A DNA stretch of 64,000 bases from Tubiluchus corallicola. Its lineage: Eukaryota > Animalia > Priapulida. The translations under genes and the position numbers were made by a program. Location of the stretch: the NCBI GenBank assembly GCA_030141605.1, contig JAQGDQ010000701.1, positions 1-64,000 of the forward strand. The letters run 5' to 3'. The notes below the pieces were generated by a model. That model had not been told where the DNA came from. It searched no databases and saw nothing but the letters and a program-made list of their open reading frames with translations. Positions 15,001-26,800 of the stretch are shown piece after piece (within the stretch, counting starts at the first letter, position 1; each line of letters begins with the position of its first letter).

Positions 15001-17556
15001 ATGCTATAGACGAAGGTGTATTTTAATCAAATTTAGATTTATTATACGCAATGCCAATGTGTACATGCACATACAGAACAATGTGTAACAAACAAAGTTT
15101 ATAAATCATCAGTACATGAAGACACACCAAGTCAACACTATATGAAAGCTTGTACAGTATTAACTTAATAACTGGCAAGAGTAAACACAAAAAAACATAA
15201 TTTAAAGAAAAAAAATGGTGAAAACGCAAAAATCAGGAAATGGATGAAAAAGGATCAAAGCACCTTTCTAATGTAATCAGGGGTCACCGCTTGAAGTTAC
15301 AACCCACTCACTGCCGACTTCTTTCAACAACTTTTACTCCAAAAGAACAATTAAAAATCTGGAATGAGCTTCCAAAGTCTATCTTCAGTGCCCCTTGGTC
15401 TGTGCTCAGAGCAGCAAACTTTTTATAAACCATCTAAAAGGCCTAAATCTTAATATCTACAAAAGGCCATTAATTTTTTAATAGGCATATGTAAGTAGCT
15501 TTCACTCTTTATGCTTTTATCAGTAATGTTTTAGCTAAACCTTTTATCTGTAAAATTTTATTCTGTGCTGTATATATGATTTATTCTTCTTTTACATTTT
15601 AAACTTTCTTGTAAATATCTTTTCTTTAATATTTTTGTTTTAAAGGAAAACGGGATGATTGTGTAAACATGAGTTCAGAATAGAGAATGCTTTAAAATAT
15701 TGAAAACTACAATAGCTCATTTTAAATCAAAGCTTAGATTAAATAATAATTACCTCGGATACTCAAATTTCGTTAGACTTTCAAAACTACGCGCAGTTAA
15801 GTGAATCTACTAAGATTGGCAACAGTGCCTTTTTGTCACATTTGTGTGGCCGACAAATAGAAGGCGGCACCGTGATAACCATGATCCTGAACTGTAGTAT
15901 TAGTTTCTGATGACATATGACGTAGACCCCACTTTTCGTGACATCATGCATTCAAACAGTACGGTAACACTTATGCAAATGTGCTTGACGTGCAAGGGAA
16001 GACGCCTGCCATTGCACAAACTGTGGTTAGTTTCTGATGTAAGCAATAGCTGTGTTCGGTTGCCGTTAGTTAACTTTCTAAGATAATTATTCAAATATAA
16101 GGAACAATTGCTAACTTTTATAGGCAAGAAAATGCATATTGTGGACAGTCAATTAAAATGAGATTGAGTCTAAACAATCGTCCGGTCTTCCTTTAAATAA
16201 AGATTACGTATTGAATAAATAGATAAATAAACTTTAAATTCTATAACAATGAATATCATATTACAAATTTAATAACGTCAACATATTCATTGTCGGAACC
16301 GATAGAAATATTAGGCTCTAGAAATAGCAGAAATATTTAGGTAATAAACAATGCGGATAATTACTCGGGTACTGAGGTACCCGACAGAAATGCTAAAAGA
16401 CATATGCAATTAACATAATCGTTACACAGCTTTGTGAAATGTATTACTTTGGTTGGTCTGGCTAGTGCCCACTGCAAATAACTGTCCCACGCGAACATGC
16501 AGGACATGCATGTCGGAACATAAAAATTAAAACTAAACACAAATTAGCGAAACTTCATTGTTTGAATGTTATTCTACTACTTGTGAAACAAACTACCGTT
16601 TCACAATACGAAATTGTTTTTTCCTGTTTTGCTAAGACTAGTGCTAATTGTGCCCTTAGTATATATTCATATCAATGATTGAAGATGGCGCCAAAACAGG
16701 CATGGCGATGATGTTTCAAACTAAAGTTTAAAAGGCGCTATGATACAAAAATCGTCCCCATATTCAGCGTACTGCACAGCAGCATAATGTACATCGATGC
16801 AGTGCAAAGCAAGGTGGTGTACGCCATTGTTGAAACCACGCAAATGTCGTATTTAGTGTCTACAAAGTACAATAGCATCTGTCAGCTTGACAGACAATTC
16901 AAGTTCATGTAAGAGCACTAGGGCTTCAATTGTGCCAACACCCCTCTGTCACTTTGGTTACATCCTACTTGTGATGTAGGCATTACTACTTAACTGCCAG
17001 CCTCTACCCAATCTGGGCTTCCCTGTTGTAAGCCAGCTGTAACATTACCACCTTAAGCTGATGAGTCTGTTGCTATGAAACTTCTTTACTGTTTTCAATA
17101 AAATAGTTTATTTTGCTTAAATCTGTGCAGTTTGATGTTTCCTGTCAGTTATCTCATATTCGTTACAGCTGAGTTCTGAAACTGGATTTGAAACTTCCAT
17201 GAATTGAATTGAATTCTTTATTTCGCATACATGGAGAAACAGAATACAACACACAGCAAAATACAAAAAACTGCGAAAAGCGAGGGCAACGTATTAGTCA
17301 TTAGGTCCTTTACACGTTACCCATATTTTGATAAAAAATATTATGGAAAAACTGTTACATGAAAATAAAGGTTATTAAGTTAGATGCAAATTTGGCATCT
17401 ATATGACTAACTTATTCGTGTTCGAGTCTAATTCTCAAAAAGTAGAGTCGCGATTTGGTTAGTGAAATTGAATAAATGATATAAACGTACATCCGTCGAA
17501 ACTAATAACTTGTAACCAAGCAAAATTTCTTCATACGTGCCAGCCACCAATTCCAT
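3001..17556 (-). CDS. PAK1IP1: PAK1-interacting protein 1 / MAK11-like WD40 60S ribosome biogenesis factor, 358 aa
   Basis: Nine GT-AG, phase-consistent exons: 17491-17556 (MELVAGTYEEILLGY), 14405-14570 (HAHTGCIRATAV..TGSTDETIKVYD), 12599-12719, 11065-11192 (VHPSGKLALSAGKDKTLRTWDL), 8893-9038, 6483-6580 (FKAHENR), 5550-5658 (SASSDGFLKVW), 4221-4386 (CRLTCL), 3001-3077 (basic tail KRKRKKK, TGA). Total 1077 nt; motifs are colinear with vertebrate PAK1IP1. Confidence 0.95.
3374..3480. repeat. 11-bp tandem repeat (AAATACTTTGY)
   Basis: About 9 visible copies. Confidence 0.92.
3650..3915 (-). mobile_element. tRNA-derived SINE
   Basis: Minus strand reads TGGCTCTGTGG (A-box-like) ... GGTTCGATAC (B-box-like), followed by a non-tRNA body; the 3' boundary is approximate. 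Confidence 0.6.
5778..6210. repeat. 54-bp minisatellite, ~8 copies
   Basis: Unit CTTCTCTATTCACTGCGAGAAGTGTCGAGAGTAACTCGTCGAAGCGTTCACACC; lies in PAK1IP1 intron 6. Confidence 0.95.
7944..8825. mobile_element. Tc1/mariner-pogo (Tigger-like) MITE, host of a nested element
   Basis: TA-flanked imperfect TIRs CAGTAGTACCTCTGTTTTCGACC / CAGTCATACCTCCGTTGTCGACC. Confidence 0.8.
8086..8426. mobile_element. Younger Tigger-like MITE nested in the previous element
   Basis: 24-bp TIR CAGTCGACCCTCGTTAAACCGGAC with one mismatch; TA on both sides. Confidence 0.9.
9181..9850. mobile_element. hAT-like non-autonomous DNA transposon
   Basis: Imperfect TIR CAGGTATGTTGCTGAAAC / CATGGTTGTTACCGAAAC; 8-bp TSD-like ATTTATAC/ATTTGCAC; second copy at ~35525-36100. 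Confidence 0.75.
10130..10690 (-). mobile_element. LINE (CR1/Jockey group) ORF2 3' fragment, degraded
   Basis: Minus-strand peptides MEYCSHIWAGAS (~10620-10650) and FFPRAFYLWNSLPNNCFP are typical of LINE ORF2 C-termini. Confidence 0.75.
12991..13232. repeat. 81-bp tandem repeat, 3 copies
   Basis: ATTATGCACTAATTAAG starts at 12991, 13072 and 13153. Confidence 0.92.
13421..13510. repeat. (CTA)n/(ATG)n compound microsatellite
   Basis: Directly visible. Confidence 0.9.
13740..13940. repeat. ~35-bp minisatellite with internal palindromes
   Basis: AATCAATTGATATTGGACAATTGGATCAATCCA repeated about 5 times. Confidence 0.85.
14850..15460 (+). mobile_element. CR1-like LINE 3' fragment interrupted by a ~210-bp insertion
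   Basis: YPDRLAFSNLEPLELRRLHCDLTMCYSILHG, resuming at ~15240 with RGHRLKL...WNELP. Confidence 0.75.
15644..16192 (+). mobile_element. Kolobok/T2-like MITE family A, full-length copy
   Basis: TTAA-AGGAAAACGGGATGATTGT ... ACAATCGTCCGGTCTTCCT-TTAA; a TTAA target with AGG termini is characteristic of Kolobok/T2 elements; further copies at 21343 and 32748. Confidence 0.85.
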
Positions 17557-17899
17557 TGCTAGTAGTATAAGTATGAGTAACAGTGGTCACCGTACGATAA
17601 TTTTCAAAAGCTACATAGCACTCTTCTTCAAAAATTTGCTTACAGCCCGAACTGGCACACAAATGAATGCACGTTTTACCTACACGAGGTAGCAAGCAAT
17701 AGCAAATCTCTTCACTATGTGTTTTGTCTACATCACTTAATGTTGATTTCAGTGCTACCTTATGCGCACTACTATATAGAGTTTTAGTCTTCAAGATCAT
17801 GACCTCCAATGAGTCTTACTGAGAAACAATGTCACACTTTTGACGCCTTGTTTTTGCAAAAACAAAACTAAAGTGCAAGACGTCTATCAAAGGGGAATC

Positions 17900-18058
17900 G
17901 CTGTCCACACTGTATCAAGACACAGTACGAGACCAATGACGCAAATGCACAAAAGCAATACCAAATGGAAGTCTGAAAAATCATCCATGGTAAATGACTT
18001 GAACCCAAAAAGTACCTGCGTTTCTAGCAGCTATTCTAACCATTATACTACAGAGGCA
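17900..18058 (-). mobile_element. tRNA-derived SINE
   Basis: Minus strand GCCTCTGTAGTATAATGG (A box) ... GGTTCAAGTC (B box); same family as the copy ending at 47879. Confidence 0.65.
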
Positions 18059-20896
18059 TTTGACTTTCCAGCTTCACTGAATGAGTAAATCGGTTGAATT
18101 ACTGTTTCATGACACTTTTACACAAACTGACAATGACAACCCACAGAACCCAAATATATGGGTTGATCCAGTGTACTAAAATTTAATTTTCGATTTCTGT
18201 GCAATATTTACTGCATTGCTCATTTTGAAAAAAAACTAGCCTCTACAGTTTCATTTTAAACAAATTATGTTTCTTAATAGCAAAACACAAATGTCAGTAT
18301 TGATGAAATAATTTTCATTATGCTAATGCTTTTATAGCAGAAATTATTTTTTATTACTCATTCTAACAGACTAATAGTATCACAAAAAGACCAGTACATT
18401 TGACAAGTGATGCAACCAGTGAGCAATGTAACTATTACTGCAAAAAAATGAATTGACAGAATTTGCACTTAAGTATTTAGAAATTTGACTATTTCAAGTT
18501 TATTTAAAAATCAACTCTGTGACATAGATATTTCCAATTTCTTACTGTATTTTCAACAATAAATTGCCTATAATACAAAACCAGAGTGTGTTACATCGCA
18601 AAATGGAGTGGTTGTATGAAGCCTGTACTGCGCAGCTACCTGGCTTTTTTTTGAGAAAACAAATGTCAGAAATCAAAACGTAAAAATACAATATTCAATA
18701 AGAATCATTATTTACAAAACTTATAATTTCTGCTGTACCTTATTAATATTATACTACTGCTCAAGATATTTTTTACAGTTAATAAACCCAAAATAATTGG
18801 CCATAAACGTTTTCAAGTGACTATTTACGATTTCTCTAGTTTTAACTCCTTCTGGACCACATCAGTTCATGATTAGAAACTAGATACTGTTCTATTCAGG
18901 AGAATCTATGCAATTCAATAATGCTATTTGTTTAAACATTTATAAGTGATTTAATTGGATAAAATTAAGAAAAACATGCCCTTCTTAGGCACTCCAACTC
19001 AGCCTATTAAGTAACTTAGTCCACAACCCAAGTGAACTATCTGACATTTCTTGAGTTCGAGGAAAAACCAACCGATCAGCCAAGAACAAATTAAGGTCAT
19101 TTCATCTTTTAACAGGAATTAATCGTTAAAAATAGAGCAGACTTGAAGCCAGAGAGCATCAGAGCGTTGTGTCTGGACAGTAACTGGAATCATTGCATTA
19201 GCTGATTTCACGCAAGTGGTACTGTACATTCTTACGGCAGCAAACACATCTGTTACTGGCAGCTTTTCAATTTTTTTTATCAAAAATCGATTTTTAATTT
19301 GTTTATGGAAAGCAAATGCATTTCATATTACAATTTTTTAAGAAAATCCAATGTGCGAGGAGTAGAAACTTACAAAAATTATCTAATAAAACGTAATCGC
19401 TGCTTAGTGAGAGCAGTTTTCCATTAACCCATGCAAAATGCAACAAACACTTATGGTCCTGAAGGAGTTTAACAGTAATCAGAAAATCATTTTCACATTA
19501 GAACATCATTCTATGATTCTATGCTATTAACAGTCTAAAAAGAGAGGATTCATATTAGACTAATAAATAATCAATAATCTTATATATAATCACCAGTATC
19601 ATTATGAAAGCACTTATTGTTACAAAAACGGAAAGATTAACACAAGCAACCCGACCAGAATGCCAAGTATGTTCTCCTGTAAGTCCTGTTTTTAGTGAAC
19701 TATAATCAAACCAAAGTTATACCGCCACGTTATACTGCCAAACTTGTTTATTGCCCGCAAAATGGCTGTATTAAACTGTATATAAAAATAATCAGTTACA
19801 CTGCCAGCCATTACACATTATAGGCAAATTAACTTATGTGTTCAATGGGAAAATACTGAGAAAAGTCTCAAGTCTCAACTAACACAGGGGTTTCTTGGAG
19901 GCTGCTACATATCCGGCTGAGTGGTAGACATTGGCTAGACGTCAAATGTTGTGTAAAAGAATGCATGTCATATGCTTTGATTTCTTGTAAGCTGTACCTT
20001 ACATTGCACATTGAATGCACGACGTAGTCATAAGAAAACACGTTTTTTTCCACCAACAAGAAGGGTGATATTCATTCGTGAATCATTCAAGCAAATTCAA
20101 GGAAGAAATTAGTAGTTTTATGACTTAACATTTTTTTACATACAGACATGTTTAACAGAGCAGTTGGCTTACAGTCTTTTATATATGTAGTTGAGCACAG
20201 GAAATGTTTATTACCTAAACGAAAGGTTCTCAATAAACATGACTGATTTTCAATGATTAATTTACTAGTAATTTTTGTTTAATTCGTTAACCCCTAGAGC
20301 AAAAATGGAGGACTCTAATCTGTGTACACTTATCTGACTGTTTTGTGATTGATCTATGGCAAAATCTAACACGTCGTTATAATGCCGTTATAACTGCAAT
20401 TTTTTCCGGTACCAAAGTGTGCGGTATAAAGAAGTTTGACTATATCAATAAAAACTATGTTACAAAAACATATTTTTAAATAGTTATCAACACGTCCCTG
20501 ACTTAACACACTGACTAAGTCGTTAGACTTCTTTATGTGACCATCAAACAAGGGCTTGTCAATGTTACTAAAAAAACCGAAATTCCAAAATGCGAGTCCA
20601 GCTGAAATCATATTTACACAATGTATAAAAAAAGATAAAATAATCCGTAAAATATTTACTTATAGTTTAAAAATTCAGCAGCAAAGATTCACTCTGCTCA
20701 AGTCTCATCATCAAGAAGGATTGCTCATTACTAAAAAGGCTTATGTACCTAAATAATTACATACGATGATTTACCCACATACTTTTAACTTAAACAATAA
20801 CATTTAGTCAATTACATCATTTACTTAATTACAAAATAATTACACTATTCTACACCCACGTAAATATTTCTATTCCTAACTGTATACACAACACAT

Positions 20897-23800
20897 TCAT
20901 TGAACAGGAGAGCCAAGCTGAGTGTTATAGTCAGTTGTTTCCATGCGTAAAATGTATGGGATCACACTCTCAATTTGGACGTTACCAATCAGACCAGCAA
21001 AAAACAGTTCCTCGGTAATGTTTGGTGACAATAGTCGCAAGGCAGGTAACCTGTTTGAATAATGAAAAAACTTTATATTAATAAACTCGGTGGTACCAGC
21101 TGCTAGAGTCAAGTCTAAAATTAAACAACCAGTTTATAATTCTGATTAGTAAGATTAAAATTCAACAGAATGCTTCTAGTTTATGCTAGAGCACCCATTA
21201 ATTGGCAAGTCTCGCGGATTGGAGATGTATTGAATTTAATAGAACAGACATCTAATAAGTCAAGTGTCAAGAAACATTAGATTCCACCTGTGTAGCAAAA
21301 ATTTCTTTTTGAATACAAAAAATCTCTTAAGAAAGCACTTAAAGGAAATCTGGACGATTGTGTGAACATTAGTTTGGAATAAAGTATGCTCTAAAATATG
21401 GAAAATTACAATAGCTTTTTTTAAATCAAACCTTGTAGTGTTAGTTTCTGACGTCATATGAGGTAGAGCCCATTTTCGTGACATCATGCGTTTAAAACAG
21501 TAACACTTACGCAAACGTGCTTGATGCACAAGGGAAGATGCCCACCATTGCAAAAACTGTGGTTAATTTCTGACGTAAGCAATAGCTGTGTTCAGTTGCC
21601 ATTAATTAACTTTCTAAACTAATTATTCAAATATTAGAAACAACTGCTAACTTTTATAGGAAAGAAAATGTATATTTTGTACAGTAAATTAAAATGAGAT
21701 TGAGTCTAAACAATCGTCCGGTCTTCCTTTAAATAAAGATTACGTATTGAATAAATACATAAATAAAGTGTAAATTCTATAACAATGAATATCGTATTAC
21801 AAATTTAATAACGTCAACATATTCATTGTTGAAACCGGTAGAAACATTAGGCTCTAGAAATAGTAGAAATATTTAGGTAATAAACAATGCGGGTAATTAC
21901 TCGGGTACCCAGGTACCCGACAGAAATTATAAAAGACATATGCAATTAACATAATCGTTACGCAGCTTTGTGAAATGTATTACTTAGGTGTGTCAGGTTT
22001 TCCTTTAAGAAATTTGCTTGATATTTTGCACTCAGATTCAGTTACACACTGCAAATCAAGAAAACTGTTTATCTGTTTTCGTTTAATTCTAATTTCATTT
22101 CACGTGCGTGTTTTAACTGTAAGGCAAAACTCTGAATTAATACTAAAGTTTCAACAGTAAAAAACAAAATTGTGTGTAAACTGAAGCAGAGCTCACTTTA
22201 CGCATCACACAATTGTGCACAATATCGTGCAAAGTTGCAGGAAAGTGTATCACATCCTGTACTCCCTAAGAAAGTGCAAACACATACAGTTAATGAAGTA
22301 AACAGCCAGAATCAGCATGACAAATGAAACAACCCAACAATCACCCATCCATTTTTGACCAGAATTGGTGATTGCACTTAACTTTGGTCACTAAACACAC
22401 AATGCAAACAATCCACACGAACTACACACAATGCAACCATGACCTTGGCTCACACGAGACTTCGCTGGTTAAGTTACTTTGTCATCTTACATTTTTAACA
22501 AAAATCATGTTTAAACGAAACCACCATTCACTCTAGAAAAAGCTATCAGGTATGCGTTTATCAGGTATGCTGAGTAATTCTGGTTGCGAAATTTTAAACT
22601 GTCTACAAAAAATCAGATGACATATATAAAACACATTTTTTTTACCTTTTGTGGGAAAATTTGTAATTTTTACCAACCTCGATGTTTGTGATTTCAAACT
22701 AAATATAAATACCTTAATAAAAGCTTAGGTAGTCGATACGGATCGGTACTTTGTGAAGCACATAAGTCCTGTAATTCGCTAAACTACATATAAATACCTT
22801 AGTAAAAGCTTAGGTAGTCGATACGGATCGGTACTTTGTGAAGCACATAAGTCCTGTAATTCGCTAAACCAAATATAAATACCTTAATAAAAGCTTAGGT
22901 AGTCGATACGGATCGGTACTTTGTGAAGCACACAAGTCCTGTAATTCGCTAAACCAAATATAAATACCTTAATAAAAGCTTAGGTAGTCGATACGGATCG
23001 GTACTTTGTGAAGCACACAAGTCCTGTAATTCGCTAAACCAAATATAAATACCTTAGTAAAAGCTTAGGTAGTCGATACGGATCGGTACTTTGTGAAGCA
23101 CATAAGTCCTGTAATTCACTAAACCAAATATAAATACCTTAATAAAAGCTTAGGTAGTCGATACGGATCGGTACTTTGTGAAGCACACAAGTCCTGTAAT
23201 TCGCTAAACCAAATATAAATACCTTAATAAAAGCTTAGGCAGTCGATACGGATCGGTACTTTGTGAAGCACATAAGTCCTGTAATTCGCTATAAGCTTTT
23301 TGGTGAAACCGTTCTATCTGTCGAGCACTTGGCATATTTGGCTGATCTGAAAAGATAACGTCTATAATAAGTACAGTAGTTTCTCACTTAGTGACGGCAA
23401 TACATTTATAGAAAAATGCAAACATTCCAGGTAAAAATACAGACAAAACCAACTAGGAAGTAATGTAACCTGGGCGGCTCATAACTAAAATTAATGAGGG
23501 TACTGCTTCAGAAAATGTTTAGCCATTGTTTTAATACTATGTAATGCGAAATAAACATATGTAATTTTAATGTTGTAATTAGTAATTGTAATTTTAAGCA
23601 AACAAACACGTGAAAGTTTATACATAAACTTGATAAAATCCTAAACACGAGCAGCCAATGATTGTAACGTACAGGAGGTGCTGCAGTTCCACAGTACCTA
23701 TACACGAGCCGCCTCTGATTGTAAAGTACAGGGGGTGCTGCAGTTCCACAGTACCTATACACGAGCCGCCTCTGATTGTAAAGTACAGGAGGTGCTGCAG

Positions 23801-26800
23801 TTCCACAGTACCTATACACGAGCCGCCTCTGATTGTAAAGTACAGGGGGTGCTGCAGTTCCACAGTACCTATACACGAGCTGCCACTGATTGTAACAGAT
23901 GTAACAGTCGGTATGTTAAACGGACCACATATCAACTCGAGTACAGTAGTATCATATACAGCTACGCAGCTTATGAAAGAAATTAATAAGCATAAAAAAT
24001 AAATCAAATAAACATGATTACACAAATATGCTTGGAACTTGTATATATCAGTAACAGTTCACTTACCTGTACTAAATAAAGCAATACATTTCAGGTACGC
24101 AAACTCCTGATCACTTACGTCCAGCTTAGCAGTTTGGTTTACATAATGCTGTAGCTGACATATATGGTCTGTTACTGACTTGACTTTTTCGGCAGATAGA
24201 CGACCTGAAAAGATTATAATTAACGTATTAAATGACAATTAAACATAATGATGAAATTGTTCAAAAACGAAAATTTATTAAATTCGTTAAAGCTGTCCTA
24301 ATTTAATTCTGGCAGCACATACATACCACCTACAAAAAGAAGATGTCTACTACCTATGAAAACTTAACTATAGAATAGTTCTTAAAAGTTATTTAAGTAT
24401 TAAATACAGTCAAGTTTCAGATTCATAGAAAAACAGAAAGTATACGCTCTAAGATTTTTTGATACTTTTAACTTTTTCTTGGTGGTTTATATACGGGGAA
24501 ATCTGGTGTGAAAGTGTCATTTCTGAAGTCTGGACCTTGATTTTGCACGTTTTACTCTTTAGATGATTTCAGCAAGATTACTCGTTAGATTTCAGCAAAA
24601 ATACTCGTTAGATGATGCCAGCAAAATTCTGTCATTACTTACGCCCCCGCATTTGCGTTTTGTTATCACCTGTCACATTTCGCTGTGTAGCATTGTTTAC
24701 AAATTCAGCGTCACAGAAACGATGTGGTATCTAGGGAAGCTATTGCTAGGACATTTTGTTTAGCCTTTCCGAAGTTTCACGAGCAAAACCCAACAAAATG
24801 TTTTGATGGAAAATACAATTTCAAGGTCCTATTTCATCAGGAAGGAAGCCATGAAGTTTAATAAAATTAGTGGATAAATTTTAGCTCTTTTAATTAAAGA
24901 AAACTTGTTTTTACATTGATTTGATCTTTAAAATCTTACTTTGTTGAAGGCTAGTTTGTAAATGATTCACAATGGCAGCAAGTATAGTTGGTAGTGACAT
25001 GACCTCAGCACACTGTGCCATGCCAATTGTAAACATGTCGTTCCAGCTGCACTTTACCAAAGCCGTTTGTGCTTCAGGACTAAAACAGAAAATAAGCCAT
25101 GTGAAAATGATGTTTCACACCATGAAATGAGCCACGTAAAAACGATGTTTCACACCATGAAATGAGCCACGTAAAAACGATGTTTCACACCATGAAATAA
25201 GCCACGTAAAAACGATGTTTCACACCATGAAAAAGCCACGTAAAAACGATGTTTCACACCATGAAATAAGCCACGTGAAAACGATGTTTCACACCATGAA
25301 ATAAGCCAGGTAAAAACGATGTTTCACACCATGAAAAAGCCACGTAAAAACGATGTTTCACACCATGAAAAAGCCATGTAAAAATGATGTTTCACACCAT
25401 GAAATAAGCCACGTAAAAATGATGGTTCACACCATGAAATAAGCCACATAAAAATGATGTTTCACACCATGAAATGAGCCATGTAAAAACGATGTTTCAC
25501 ACCATGAAATAAGCCATGTAAAAACGATGTTTCACACCATGAAATAAGCCACGTAAAAACGATGTTTCACACCATGAAATAAGCCATGTAAAAATGATGT
25601 TTCACACCATGAAATAAGCCATGTAAAAACGATGTTTCACACCATGAAATAAGCCACGTAAAAACGATGTTTCACACCATGAAATGAGCCACGTAAAAAC
25701 GATGTTTCACACCATGAAATGAGCCACGTAAAAACGATGTTTCACACCATGAAATGAGCCACGTAAAAACGATGTTTCACACCATGAAATAAGCCACGTA
25801 AAAACCATGTTAACCCTACTGTATTCATTCGGTCAATCATCTAACACTTATAGCTTAATGCTATTAGCAAAATTGTTTTGTACGGATATGTTATACTTTT
25901 GGCTAGTGGTTTAGAACTCTTGACAATAAGCTATGGAACTAGTCTTACCGGAAGAAACACATGGTAAAGAAATATTCGTGTTTTTACCCAAATCTTTTAT
26001 GGAACTCAAATGGGAAGGAGCTTGGAGTTAATTCACTAATGATTCCGATAGTCTCTTGAAAGCTGAAATTGACTACTACATAAAGTTTGGCACCACCAAC
26101 CCAAACACCATTTTTATACACCTCAACACGCTGCACACTGTCCCATAGACAAAAGACAACAACAAACTTGAGAGCATTCACAGGATTTCTACAATCCATT
26201 TAAAAGGGAAAAGAGGGCTACAAAATGTGATGTCCCTTTTGAACTCATCTCTGTAAAACCCTCTGTGAAACCAATACAATTTGATTAATCAGCTTATGAC
26301 TGTGAACACTGGAATGTTCATACATCATTGTAGCTTATTTCACAACTACTGCCCATTGTAATGAGTAATGAGTTAAAGAAAAGAGAGGCTGAAAAATTGT
26401 GAACCAGTCAAGACTTGAACTCAAAACAGGGGATTAGACCTCCCTGCTCTGCCAACCAAATGACCAGTTCAACAAGACAGAACAGGTCCAAGATTTCATC
26501 CTTGTAGCCTACAATCCAACAGCGCCACCTGTACCCATGGCACACTAGAGGGATACTCATGGTGTCAACTTTTTCAAATTAGCTGGCAATTAACATAGTT
26601 TTCTTGCTAATTGTAAGCATTATTATTTTTACACTTCAACAGTTAGCAGTAAGTTAGCTTGAAGACACTAAGACAAGCAAGAGAGAGATTGTACTAGTCA
26701 AAAGTGCTGTTCTATTTCAGCTATTTCTTAAGCCCTGTTCACACTATGGAGAAGACGTGGGACACGTCCCGGACTTCTTAATCACTTTCATACCTTTAAC

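Noticed and set aside
16447-16510. Alternative PAK1IP1 first exon (MHVLHVRVGQLFAVGT)
   Set aside because: No resemblance to the family N-terminus and incompatible phase; 17491-17556 fits exactly.
16682-16710. AAGATGGCG start-like motif on the plus strand
   Set aside because: The ORF stops after 8 codons and no supporting exon structure was found.
23508-24025. Four overlapping 102-135 aa ORFs
   Set aside because: Produced by the 57-bp amplified MITE end.
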